Shown here one piece after another: positions 1 through 10,479 of a DNA stretch of 64,000 bases (positions are counted from its first letter, which is position 1; each line of letters starts with the position of its first letter). Where the stretch lies: NCBI GenBank assembly GCA_977017575.1, contig CDRNVI010000056.1:124001-188000 (forward strand), read 5' to 3'. Origin of the DNA: Paramoeba atlantica. Lineage: Eukaryota > Protista > Discosea. The position numbers and the translations under genes were made by a program. Under the pieces are notes generated by a model. The model did no database searches. It was not told where the DNA came from and saw only the letters and a program-made list of their open reading frames with translations.

Positions 1-211
1 TAAAAAATGTCTTTGAAATTAATTTAAATTAAATCTTTTTAGAAATTCTTAAAAATGACATCAAAATCAGTCCACCAAAACGTTACACGAAAATACTGTT
101 ACGTAGTCTCTAATGCGCAACTTTTAACCTTGAAACTTCCCTAACTCCTTAGCGTCTTTAACATTTGCGGAAAAAACTTTATCTTTCTTAACTCCTTACC
201 GTCTTTAACAC

Positions 212-1380
212 TTACGCATTAAACTTTAATACATTAGAAGGCGACGAAGTAGCTACAATTGTCTTACGGATGCGTTTTGTTCTGGGGGACACTTCCGAAT
301 CTTCGGCTAAATCTATTTCTTGGCGTGGATTTTGTCGCGGAGGGCGTGTGATATGAAGTAGACGACTTCCAAAGGCTTTCTCCTTTATTACGCCCATGCT
401 TTTGAGCATCTCAAGCTGGTGGTTCTGTGTTTCACGGGTCGCTGCATTGCCGATGCTTAGCAAATCTTCCTCTTGGACAAGATGAAGAGATGAGTAGCAG
501 ATACGCATCTCCTTTGACCGGGCTGAAGCGCGTAGTAATTCCTTTAGAGCCACTGCAACACGTTCACGCATCCTTTTTTCCCCGCTGATGCATCTGCCTT
601 GTAAGACGCCCACATGTTGGCAAGAAAATTTTTTGCCTCGCGCATCTGCGGCTTGCTGATCGCACGATCTAAGTACCGTCCAACAGATTATGCAGCACGG
701 ACGTACGCCTTTTCCTTCGAAACATTAAATCGCTTTTTAATTAATACGAGCATGTTCCCAATATGCCCGAACTTAAGCGTGACACCGTTGAAAGTAACTC
801 CAACATAGGCAATACAAGTACGCATGACCCTCTCCTCGTCCATGCCTTCGCACCTAATTTGATCCACTACAGAGGTTGGAAGTCCTTCAACTTCTTGTGG
901 AGTCAAGCACAGTGGGCAGTACTGTGCACCAAGAGGCACACCTACTTGCTTACAAGATACGCAAAGTTCTGTGTCGCTGCCGTCTATGCGACACGCACAA
1001 ACAAGACAACGCTTTGGTGCAACAAGTGAGACGTTGCGCAAAACCTTACATCTCGGGCACATTTCCTTAGTGGCAGGCTCGGGCATCGTGCTAAAAAATG
1101 CGTTTAAAGACATCTTAAATAGCACTGCTTTAAGAAATATAAATATTGATTGAAGTATGATTGAGGAAATTTGTAAAACAGCTGATTTAAATCCATGAAC
1201 AAAAGCATAAATTTTGCAAAATAGTGGCAGATGGTGGCAGACAAAACCATACACTTCTGCAGTACATCCAAAGAGGTAATGCCACGGCTCTTTGTGGGAT
1301 ATTAGGGGGTTGTCTTCTCTTTTGTCATTCCATCCTTCTACGTACTCACCCTGTTTGAGGTTAGAGGGTCTGGTCTTCAT
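212..1380 (-). pseudogene. Cys-rich (double zinc-ribbon-like) protein of unknown function, probably split over ORFs 688-1380 and 212-613
   Basis: Clustered CxxC pairs (CPRC, CLVC, CVSC, CPLC). The two ORFs are collinear on the same strand 75 bp apart and lie inside an element whose end is at about 1740. Confidence 0.4.
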
Positions 1381-1559
1381 AATGTAGAGGTGTTGACTAT
1401 ATTAAATTAGGCAATAGAGAGGGTACTAGGCATAGCTTTAAAATTATCAATTTAAAAACACTATTACTCGTACTTACAAGTGCAAAATATATAGAAAATC
1501 GGAAAAACGAGGCAAAAAATGGTTGTGTACACAGAAAACGCCCAAAAAACAGTGTTTAT

Positions 1560-1740
1560 TTGATCCAGGGGGCACCAGGGGGTCTCTATGAAAAAAAGGC
1601 GGCAAAGCTCTTCGCTAGGAAGACAAGATCTCTCCAATGCTGCAAAGTTTAGCAAAAACAGATAAAAAAATCAAAATTCCGAGGGGGGGGGGGGGGGAAG
1701 ATCAACTGAAACCACTGTACGTGATCAACTGAAACCACTG
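1560..1740. mobile_element. Terminus of a DNA-transposon family; terminal 18-mer GATCAACTGAAACCACTG present twice
   Basis: About 150 bp is closely similar to 16850-16997 (ggcggcaaa...gatctctccaatgctgcaaa...poly-G...gatcaactgaaaccactg). The 18-mer occurs at 1700-1717 and 1723-1740; its reverse complement begins CAGTG. Confidence 0.6.
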
Positions 1741-1868
1741 TATGTGTTTGTATTACTTTTTTCTCCGGTTAATGTTTTTTCCATACCTAGTACCATACCA
1801 TATCACCTGTCCCATTCCATATCACCTGTACCATACCTGCTAGAGCCTCTTCATCTAACAGCCCTACG

Positions 1869-2732
1869 ATGTTCCCCACAGCTGTATCCCGCGTTGATTT
1901 GGCTGACGCACCGCAACCCTCCCCGAAGCGCCGAAAACGAAATGATCAGGACTCTCGTCAGAGCGCTGAAATACATGCCGTGGATGGTCCAGTCGCTCGC
2001 ACCGGTAAAGTGCGAGGTGCAAATTTACCGCAGGAATATGAACTTATGCGACTGATCGCCGGACTTCAGCATCCGCATGCAGCGTGGAACACATCCACTC
2101 CCGCCTGTGAGTGGCCTGGCGTGATGTGCAAAGAGCAAACCATCATCCAGATTGACTGGGGTCATCGCAGCCTTTTTGGAACAATGCAGTGGGAATGCCT
2201 GCCAAAGAGTTTAGAGAAAATGAAAGCCAACAGTGCTCGTCTGAATGGAACCCTCCCGCTGGATATGATGGCTCCGAATCTCGTCCTTCTTTACTTGTTC
2301 ACAAACGAGCTCAGCGGGGAGCTTGATCTGCGACACCTCCCCACCAGTATGCGAAAACTGTGCGTAGGGGACAATAAATTGGAAAGGGAGGTAGATTTGA
2401 CACAACTTCCGCCCAACTTCGCGGTGCTGACGATCCAAATGAACGAACTGTCCGGGGAGATATGTCTCAGTGAGCTTCCCCAAACCCTTCGTATTTTGTA
2501 TATAGGAAACAATGAATTTACGGGGGCGCTGGATCTTTCTCACCTCCCTCCGTTATTGGAAGAGCTTGATGCACAGTACACGGAGTTTGAGGGAACAGTC
2601 TTACTGGACTCTCTTCCCAAAAGCTTAGATACACTTAATCTTGAGGGGTGTGCAGTCTGTGGTGAAATCAAAGAGGAGAATGCGCCCTCTAATTTGAGCA
2701 TAGACGGTACTGATATCACTGTTTTGGAATAG
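1869..2732 (+). CDS. LRR-only protein (array paralog 1) with KRRKR basic motif
   Basis: 287 aa; GKVRGANLPQEYEL leader, CEWPGVMC cap, repeated LxxLxLxxNxLxGxxDLxxLP units. Confidence 0.92.
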   Translation: MFPTAVSRVDLADAPQPSPKRRKRNDQDSRQSAEIHAVDGPVARTGKVRGANLPQEYELMRLIAGLQHPHAAWNTSTPACEWPGVMCKEQTIIQIDWGHRSLFGTMQWECLPKSLEKMKANSARLNGTLPLDMMAPNLVLLYLFTNELSGELDLRHLPTSMRKLCVGDNKLEREVDLTQLPPNFAVLTIQMNELSGEICLSELPQTLRILYIGNNEFTGALDLSHLPPLLEELDAQYTEFEGTVLLDSLPKSLDTLNLEGCAVCGEIKEENAPSNLSIDGTDITVLE

Positions 2733-3219
2733 TCCTATTTGGGGATCAGGAAGTTCAAAAGTCCCTCAAAAACCCGCACAGCCACATTATAATCTTCTCG
2801 GATCCAATTTTGAAAATTCTGATTATAAAAAAATTTACGTCAGCCCTCTTTTCCTTCCTCAGCGCGGAATATACGTGCTTGCATCTGTCCCGACAAGAGC
2901 ACCGAGTTCCGTTAGGTCCTACATAGATAGTATAGCTTCTTTCCGTATTTCCAAGCTCCTGGTATTTTTTTTACGAAATTCTGTTTCGTCGAGAAAATGC
3001 GTTTGCATGACGTGTCGTGTGATTCCAGACCAGAATTATGTATCCTCAGAAATTGAAATTGAACATTCGGGAAATTGCTTTACAGATTTCTTATCGTTTG
3101 TATAAATGATTAGACTGCATAAATTGTCACTGTATCTAATAATGACAGTGGAAAATACGCATATCCAGTAGATTTCAGTAGTGTAGATTTCACCTTCATT
3201 TACGAGCGCGTATTCTTAA

Positions 3220-4053
3220 ATGCTTATGCTAATCGCCATCATATCGGCTTCGGTTTGTCGTGCAGCTGATGACGACGCCAACGCGGCAGTGCAACATATC
3301 CGTCCGGGTAAAATACGAGGAGCCAATTTACCGCAGGAATACGAACTGACACGATTAACTTGCGAGATTGCCAACCCCCCTTCCTCCTGGAACACATCCA
3401 CAAAGGCGTCTGATTGGATGGGCGTGAGTTGTGATGAGAATTCGCGTGTGACAAGGATAAACTGGAGCTATATGGATCTCATCGGCACGCTGCAATGGGA
3501 TTACCTGTGCAGTACGCTACAAGAATTTCAGGTATGGCAGAACGGTTTCTCTGGAAATGTACCGCTTAATAAATTGCCCGCAGAAATGACCAAACTAGAG
3601 ATATTATGCAATGCCTTTTCTGGAGAGTTGGATTTTTCGCATCTTCCCGAAAAAATGGATACAATTATATTAACCCAAAACAACTTTGAGGGTTGCGTGG
3701 ACCTGACCCGTTTGCCTGAAGCTTTGACGTTTTTTAATATCAATGAAAACAACTTTTCCGGGTCTGTGTGCTTGAGTAACTTGCCTAGCAACCTGAGACT
3801 CCTGGGACTTGCAAGGAACCATTTTACGGGACCCCTTGACCTCCAACATTTGCCTCTCTCTCTCCAAGTGTTTGAGGGCCATGGAAATCTATTCAGTGGT
3901 ATTGTGCTCCTCGACTGTCTTCCGGAAGGACTGCGTAAGCTTACTTTGGAAGAAAATACGAAACTGGTCGGCGAAATTGACAAAGCCGTTATTCCCACGT
4001 CTTTGCGACATATTCGTGTGGACGGTACACAAATATCTACCAACATTGAATAA
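3220..4053 (+). CDS. LRR-only protein (paralog 2) with hydrophobic N-terminus
   Basis: 277 aa; MLMLIAIISASVC, RPGKIRGANLPQEYEL, cap SDWMGVSC, about 7 LRRs. Confidence 0.93.
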   Translation: MLMLIAIISASVCRAADDDANAAVQHIRPGKIRGANLPQEYELTRLTCEIANPPSSWNTSTKASDWMGVSCDENSRVTRINWSYMDLIGTLQWDYLCSTLQEFQVWQNGFSGNVPLNKLPAEMTKLEILCNAFSGELDFSHLPEKMDTIILTQNNFEGCVDLTRLPEALTFFNINENNFSGSVCLSNLPSNLRLLGLARNHFTGPLDLQHLPLSLQVFEGHGNLFSGIVLLDCLPEGLRKLTLEENTKLVGEIDKAVIPTSLRHIRVDGTQISTNIE

Positions 4054-4753
4054 ATAGATTTCCTTCTACACGTATGTGTACAAAATGTCGCAACATTCAA
4101 AGTCGACCGTCTTTAGACTACCTGTTTCGCATCGTGGCGTTCGACAGTCGGCTTTTTTTGATCAGCTTTTTTCGCCTAGGTACTTGTACCTTATTTTCAG
4201 TTGATAAAATTTATCCATGATTTATTAAATCATTCTATCGTCCTTAGTTTTGCTTTTCTTTGAGTAAAGAGTATTGGGCTTTGCGCTATATTATGTATAC
4301 CGCTATGTTATGGCATAGAAGGCCCTCCCGTAGGCCCTCCGTACGTAGCCCCCCCCCCTATAAGGGAGTGGTTTTAGGTCAAATCTCTCTTACTTATGCT
4401 TTTCTCCCCAACTTGTTTGACAACTTTTTCTTATTCTTTTCTCTGAAAACGTGTTAAAAAGCTTATTTCGGTACCCCCGAGGCCCCATAAAACTTCATTC
4501 CTGCTTCCCGATGAGATTCCGTTTCTCCTCGAAAATGAATTTTATCTTTTCGCATACGGTTGGCGGCTTCCACTGTACTTCCTCAGGCGCGGGGACCTAC
4601 TCCTTGCTATGACTGATCGAGGGCTCACCAAAGGCATCAGACCCGGCCGCCCTTCTATACGCTGAAGAACATGCATTCGCAACGGCCGGAGAGCTCTCAT
4701 GCTGATGCACGACCAAGTGTAACACCGACAGCAACAAATGTCATTCTAATAGA

Positions 4754-5653
4754 ATGACAATAATAGAATCTATTCTTTCTTTCGACAGAGAGGTGACTTT
4801 CGGTTACATTCAAGAATATTTAGCCTTTTCACCTTTTCCGCAATTTTACATTTCTCACGCTATGGATCTTCCGGACCGCAGAATCACAGAGAAACGTCCC
4901 AGTAAAGTACGAGGAGCCCAATTACCTCAAGAATACGAACTCTCACAATTTATTCAACACATACACAAGACGAAGCCCACATGGAATACATCCAATCCCG
5001 CATGTGAGTGGGAAGGCGTTACGTGTGATGAAGAGTTAAATGTCATGGAGGTGAATTGGGGCTTTATGTTTCTTTCCGGATCCCCTTCTTGGGGGGATCT
5101 GTGCCGCACAGTACGTAATTTTTCTGTGTGGGAAAACGGACTTACTGGAGGGGTATCATTTAGTGAGCTGCCTCCAGGACTGAGCTATCTGCAGCTCTCG
5201 ACCAATGCTTTTTCGGGAGAATTGGATCTGACTCATTTGCCGGCCCGCCTGGAGTCACTTTTGCTGAAAGATAATAAGTTTGAAGGAAATGTTGATCTAA
5301 CCCATTTGCCCTCCACCTTGAGAAAGCTCTGTATGAGCGAGAACCAAATTTCCGGGAAAGTAAATCTTACCGGGCTGCCGAGAAAATTGAGCGATTTATC
5401 TTTTCCGGATAACAAACTAACGGGACCTCTGGACTTAGAGCATTTGCCTCCCTCGCTCGTACATCTGGATTGTGAAAATAATAACTTTACTGGCGTTGCC
5501 AAGTTTGATCGTCTTCCTCGAAATTTCGAAATACTTCGGGTTACGAACAACCCTATGCTGTCCGGATATATTGAAACGTCAAAGTTGCCAAAGACGTTGA
5601 AATGTATTTGGGTTGGAAATACTCGCATAACTTCAAACATAAAACGTGCGTAA
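4754..5653 (+). CDS. LRR-only protein (paralog 3); true start may be Met at 4862
   Basis: RPSKVRGAQLPQEYEL, CEWEGVTC cap, about 7 LRRs. The first 36 codons are pyrimidine-rich and look like UTR. Confidence 0.92.
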   Translation: MTIIESILSFDREVTFGYIQEYLAFSPFPQFYISHAMDLPDRRITEKRPSKVRGAQLPQEYELSQFIQHIHKTKPTWNTSNPACEWEGVTCDEELNVMEVNWGFMFLSGSPSWGDLCRTVRNFSVWENGLTGGVSFSELPPGLSYLQLSTNAFSGELDLTHLPARLESLLLKDNKFEGNVDLTHLPSTLRKLCMSENQISGKVNLTGLPRKLSDLSFPDNKLTGPLDLEHLPPSLVHLDCENNNFTGVAKFDRLPRNFEILRVTNNPMLSGYIETSKLPKTLKCIWVGNTRITSNIKRA

Positions 5654-5945
5654 GTTTGTACAATCTACATCGCTACTTTTATTTCATCTTAATTACAAAA
5701 TGTTTTCTTGTCCAGAAAGGGGTCCGTGTTATCATATCCAGTACACCAATATTCTTGCATATCCAGTGCACCAAAAAAATTGGAAAAAGAAGCCCGTTCA
5801 CAGGTGTCAAACATTTTTTCATATTCAGTGCACCAAGATTATTTATAAAAAAGAACTTTATTGAGCAGTAAAATGATGGGTATAAATTCATACATGGAAC
5901 TGGCATCAGACATCAGAAAAGATGACTTGGAAACTTAAACAAGTA

Positions 5946-6556
5946 CTGTACCCCCCCTAGTTATCTGTCGCTACTTTCCGAGAAAAGGTGAGAGATAACT
6001 AGGGGGGTAGCGGTGCGACAGATAACTAGGGGGGTCAAAGTGCGACAGATAACTAAGGGGGTCCGTCGCCAAAAAAAGCAAGGGAACGAAATGTTACAGA
6101 AACGGTATCTTTATTGCCTAGGAAGATTCCTTTTTACCCCAATGGGGTACTATAAGCTGAAGACATGCGTCTACGGGTTAAAAGAAGCCCAGAGAGTAAT
6201 TCACACACATTTTATTGGGTTAAAATATTGATTACGTTACATCCATGGGTTAAAGTAAAACATCGGGAGCTATCGGACTCCAATCACACGATGGAGGGGA
6301 TACCGAAGCGGACGATGATGGGGATGATGAAGGGGATGATGATCCAGTTTTCCAATTTTGACCGTAGAACGCCACGCAAAACCATTACCCTAAAAGCAGA
6401 ACAGAAACGAAATTGAAGTCTCGCTTCCAATTTTATAAATTTTTAGAAAGGCGACAGATAACTAGGGGGGGGAGTCGACAAAAAAATATTCGAAGGGCCG
6501 AAAAGCTACAGATAACTAGGGGGGGTGGGGGGTGACCGATAACTAGGGGGGTACAG
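5946..6556. mobile_element. Tc1/mariner-type MITE, 611 bp, TA TSD
   Basis: TA|CTGTACCCCCCCTAGTTATC ... GATAACTAGGGGGGTACAG|TA; about 6 internal GATAACTAGGGGG repeats. Confidence 0.85.
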
Positions 6557-6649
6557 TATATTGATGAGAAACGAAACATTAGTCTCGACCTTCCAGAAAT
6601 ACGACTTTCTTCTTTTATGCTTTCGACTTACCTACATAACGTCACTCTT

Positions 6650-7581
6650 CAAACTTTAACAAACAGGTTTTCGAATTTCTTCGGACATTCTCACCGTACA
6701 ACCTTTCTCGGCCGCTTGTTCAACTTTTTTGCTGTCTTGGTGACCTCCGCGAGGCTGAGAAAATCAAAAGAGTCGGTCGCCTTGTGGTATTGATGAATTA
6801 GACCATTCATGTTTTCCACCGCTCCGTTTTCCCATGAATGGTACGGAGCGCGGAAGTATGAATTGCAACGAAGCTTTTCATGCACCCGTTCATGTTTCGA
6901 AAATTATGTCCCGTTGTCGTATGTAATGGTACAAACTTTATACTTGTTTAACTCCTTTATAATTTTATTTGAAACTTCGTCCGCATGCTTTGATCGTAGC
7001 ACACGTCGTACAACGAACCGACTCTTTCTCTAACACAAGGTCAGAATGTACCCTGAGTGATTTTTTCCTTCTACTAGGTCCGCTTCCCAATCCCCATACC
7101 GATGCCTCTTGTTAACTGTCTGAGGGCGAAGACGGATGGGGACTCTGTTTGGGATCGTTGGGCGACCTCAATTGAAGCGACGCCTTGCCACGAATCCGAA
7201 GGGACTTGTAGAGCTTCCCGCTGTCGTCTTTGTCGCGTGCCACATGACGATAAATAGTGGTCACAGACGGTGAAGCCTGTCAGCCAACAACTAAGGTGTT
7301 GGCTACCTGTTCGGGGCTGTGAAGTTGTCCTAAGCACTTCCTCCATAGACCCACGGATAAACCGGGGACGCACAGCCTTGCTTACCAGGCAGCGCTTTGA
7401 CATTGTGTGCGCGGCTGACTTCGTAACACCGACCCCGTTTCTTGTTACGGGCCAGCTCACGGCTAACGGTGTTATGGGATTTACCGATAGCAGTGCCAAT
7501 CTCACGCCATGTCGCGCCTGCCTCAAACATCTCTTGTATGGTGACTCTGTCTCTTTGCCCGAGCCTCTGATATTTTGACAT
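6650..7581 (-). pseudogene. IS30-family DDE transposase pseudogene
   Basis: Manual translation: MSKYQRLGQRDRVTIQEMFEAGATWREIGTAIGKSHNTVSRELARN (HTH), then LHSPEQ..TTIYRH, GDWEADLVEG, LTLC*RKSRF, TITYDNGT*F, YFRAPYHSWENGAVENMNGLIHQY and LNKRPRK. These match IS30 motifs in order, with 4 stops and at least 1 frameshift. Confidence 0.9.
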
Positions 7582-7605
7582 GAGGAATAAAGAAAAAAAC
7601 AATTA

Positions 7606-7920
7606 CTATCCCCCCCTATTTAATAGGGCTACGTGTCACCCCCCCTTTAGTAGGGCTATTTTGTCTGGAAGGCCAAAAAAAAATTCGGGGAAAGTGCCAA
7701 TAAATTGTCGAATGCGCCGCGAAGCGGCGGTTTTTTTTTCCGTATCTACTCCAACAACCACAAGTGTATCAAAAGGGAGTAGGACATTGTTTCACAACGA
7801 TAACAAAGGCGCTGCGAAGCGGCGCCGATTTTTTTTCTTTCACATTATTTTCCATGCCCCCCCCTTTATTAGGGACTTTTGCCCAAAATCGGAGTCCTAT
7901 TAAATAGGGGGGGGGGATAG
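7606..7920. mobile_element. MITE, 315 bp, TA TSD, inserted just upstream of the IS30 ORF
   Basis: TA|CTATCCCCCCCTATTTAATAGG ... CCTATTAAATAGGGGGGGGGGATAG|TA; contains two GC hairpins with GAA loops. Confidence 0.85.
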
Positions 7921-8399
7921 TAGAGTACTGGTATGTGTATACTTGGAGTATACAGTATAGATATTGGGATTATAAAAATATTAGTAGAATAGAATTTACA
8001 AAAACAGACTTTTGGTGCACTGGATATGATAATTTGGTGCACTGGATATGATAATCCACCCTCTTCAGGTTCCAGTCCATGACGCTCGCCCAAGCGAGCA
8101 ATCGCTGTGCCTCGCTTAATAATGTGAGCTACATTCTGTATATCTTTTGTTTTCGAAGAAATAGGAAAGACCTGAAGAGCACATTAAGCAGTTTCTCATG
8201 GATATCGCTCCTCTCAATACCGAAGATCCCTGGTTGCCGAAGATCCCAGACCGAAGATCCCTGGTTGGGATAGGAAATTCAATCCAAATCTCGGGCGGAA
8301 TTTTCGCCATGCAGCACATCAACGTAAGCAGCCAACAACATTCATTCTACAGAATTGCATCGACATGAAACGTCATTCTAACGTCGAAACTGTGTCTAT

Positions 8400-8585
8400 G
8401 GAGGGGGGCATACCGCACGAAATTTCTTTTTGAAATTATTTCTTTCGAAATTTCTTTTTGAAAAAATTATTTTTCGAAAAGAAAGCCGCAGAGGGGGTAG
8501 CCGAGGGCTTGGCGCACATTTTCCACCCCCTTACACGGGGGTGACCCCCCCCCCGCGTACCCGCAGGACGGGTTAGCCAAGTACG
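8400..8585 (+). repeat. Partial copy of dispersed fold-back repeat family A
   Basis: ggggggcataccgcacgaaatt...gtagccg..cttggcgc.catt..ccac...ccgcaggacgggt is shared with 39480-39640 and 50360-50510. Confidence 0.75.
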
Positions 8586-8709
8586 GATTAGTTAGGAATA
8601 AAAAACTAATAAAAAATTCGAGGAGGGGCGGCATCCCTCGTAGTCTGATGCGCAACTATCGGAACTGACTTCTTCAAATTCTTCGTGGGTGGGAAATCCT
8701 TAGTTGTCC

Positions 8710-9144
8710 TTAATGCACTTCATGATGTTCACGAAGCGACTCTCTCGAGACTGTTCGCTGCCATCGTGGGTATCCCCATACTTTACGCTCCGCAGTGCGA
8801 TGTTTCGCTGCAACCAACGTTGTCGCCCCAAAATTATAGTGTTGGAGTCGTACCCAACACTTAATAGTGCTGTGGACACTCTCAGCACCATTAGTACGGT
8901 ACCCCTTCTCGTTCACAAACTCCCTACTATGATTCACGGAGTAGCGGCAACAAACTTGGTCCAAACCATTATAAGCCCCCCAATAGTCGCTCACTACCAC
9001 GGATCGCGCACTGGCAAGATGGGGAATGATGAAGCCATGTAAGGTAGGCGTATCACGACGATTCACCAATATCCAATGGGTCCGCCCCGTTTTGCCAGTA
9101 TCACGAGATTCCGTGGCAGTTGATACGTCCCGATACCTTTTCAT
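8710..9144 (-). pseudogene. Merlin/IS1595(ISXO2)-like transposase C-terminal fragment
   Basis: VNRRDTPTLHGFIIPHL..SVVVSDYWGAYNGL...SVNHSREFV...YRTNGAESVHSTIK matches the Merlin SD.w.aY / vNHs..Fv / TN.iEs motifs. Confidence 0.8.
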
Positions 9145-9452
9145 GTATTTACTTTTTTTTATAAAGTGAATCAGTGTTCTATTAGGATCTATTCATTTGT
9201 CGTTTTTCAAGGTTTGTAAAGAGCACAAAAACGTTACAAAACTTAACGGGGCAATTTTTTTGAAAAAATCAAACGTTTTCCGCACTTTTGTCCCTATCAC
9301 CCTTAGAGGTCAGAGCAAAAAATCGAAAAATAATTAAATTTTAATTCGTAATCCAGAAAAGGGTAAAAAGTAGGTGTTCAGTAGGGAGTGCTACGTGCTA
9401 CAGTATCGTATCCTATGTATTGTAGCTTACTGCAGCAAATCAGCTTGTATAC

Positions 9453-10388
9453 TTGCACTTGTTAGCATATTTGTTGAAGCACATTTATTTTGCAGTTGCA
9501 ACGGAGATACGACTTAGAGATATATCAGTTTTACCCATGCGTGTGGCGCTTTTTGCAGATTTTTTTTCTCGGAAACCACAAAAAGCAACGCGTGCGCTTT
9601 TACCTCAAGAAGTTCAGCTCTCTGCGTTTGTGTCGAACTTTTCCAAAACACATAAGACGTGGAACGCTCACGTACAAGCATGTGAGTGGAGTGGGGTAAC
9701 GTGCGATACGCATAAAAGGGTCGTTACTGTGTCCTGGTGCGGGCGTGCCCTCCGTGGCGACCCTTCCTGGTGCCATTTACCCGACAGCATTCATACGTTA
9801 GAGCTGGGGAGACTTAATTATGGTTGCGGAAATCAACTCTCGGGACCGATTCCCACCGCCTTGTTTCCCCATCCCTCTGTACGGATTGCTCTGGACTATA
9901 ATGTGCTATGCGGGAAAGTTGAGCTTCACGACCTTCCCGTGAATCTGCAAAGTTTTGACATAAGTGGGAATGCTTTGGAAGGAGAGCTTGCGTTAGAGCA
10001 GCTGCCAACGTTCATTAGTATGTTTAACGCCGCAAACGCGGGATTCAGTGGCGGGATCTCATTATCATTGATGCCGGCAAATATTAAAAAGTTGGTTATT
10101 TCTCTCAACCGATTAAGTGGTGAAGTGGATCTTCGCGATCTCCCCACGAGCTTAGCTGAGCTCTACCTGCATAAAAATAATTTCTCGGGGGCGGTCGATC
10201 TTAGCCGCCTTCCCTCTAATTTGGAGCGGTTGACACTTGACACGAATCATTTTTCTGGAGTCCTTGATCTGTCTAGCCTCCCAAAGAATCTAAAGTACTT
10301 GAATTACGCCGAAAACAAGTTCGATCATGTAATTGTAAACGATGATAAGGAACACCATTTTAAAACGGGTTCGGTAACGACAAAGTGA
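9453..10388 (+). CDS. LRR-only protein (paralog 4); likely start Met at 9537
   Basis: MRVALFAD..KPQKATRALLPQEVQL, CEWSGVTC cap, about 8 LRRs. Confidence 0.9.
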   Translation: MHLLAYLLKHIYFAVATEIRLRDISVLPMRVALFADFFSRKPQKATRALLPQEVQLSAFVSNFSKTHKTWNAHVQACEWSGVTCDTHKRVVTVSWCGRALRGDPSWCHLPDSIHTLELGRLNYGCGNQLSGPIPTALFPHPSVRIALDYNVLCGKVELHDLPVNLQSFDISGNALEGELALEQLPTFISMFNAANAGFSGGISLSLMPANIKKLVISLNRLSGEVDLRDLPTSLAELYLHKNNFSGAVDLSRLPSNLERLTLDTNHFSGVLDLSSLPKNLKYLNYAENKFDHVIVNDDKEHHFKTGSVTTK

Positions 10389-10479
10389 TGATTATTGTTG
10401 ACTATGCTGTAATCCCCGACATTAATGCAGTCAGTAAAACCGCTTTCGATTTTGATTGTTTATTCTTAGTTTTGTGCGC

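Larger units (their letters stand above)
5709..8074 (-). mobile_element. IS30-like element with compound inverted repeats, interrupted by two MITEs
   Basis: Paired TCATATCCAGT(G/A)CACCAA motifs at about 5730-5775 are inverted at about 8012-8053. TG...CA lies 20 nt outside the motif at both ends. An IS30 transposase remnant lies inside. Exact ends and TSD are uncertain. Confidence 0.6.

Noticed and set aside
2004-2033. GTAAAG...CGCAG within the conserved leader looks like a 29-nt intron
   Set aside because: The peptide is conserved with synonymous changes that destroy the GT/AG in other paralogs (e.g. cctcaagaa, cccgaggaa, ccggtggaa), and removal would shift the frame.
4560-4720. PLYF...KGIRPG..ALLYA could be a non-LTR RT motif B remnant
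   Set aside because: It needs multiple frameshifts and lacks a convincing (Y/F)xDD, so it is too weak to call.
6650-7330. In-frame stops in the IS30 ORF fall at conserved Glu (TAG, TAA) and possible Trp (TGA) positions, mimicking a Blastocrithidia-like recoded genome
   Set aside because: The same ORF also has a frameshift. GAA/GAG/TGG are the commonest sources of nonsense mutations. The LRR genes have no in-frame stops, use TGG for Trp and end on all three stop codons.
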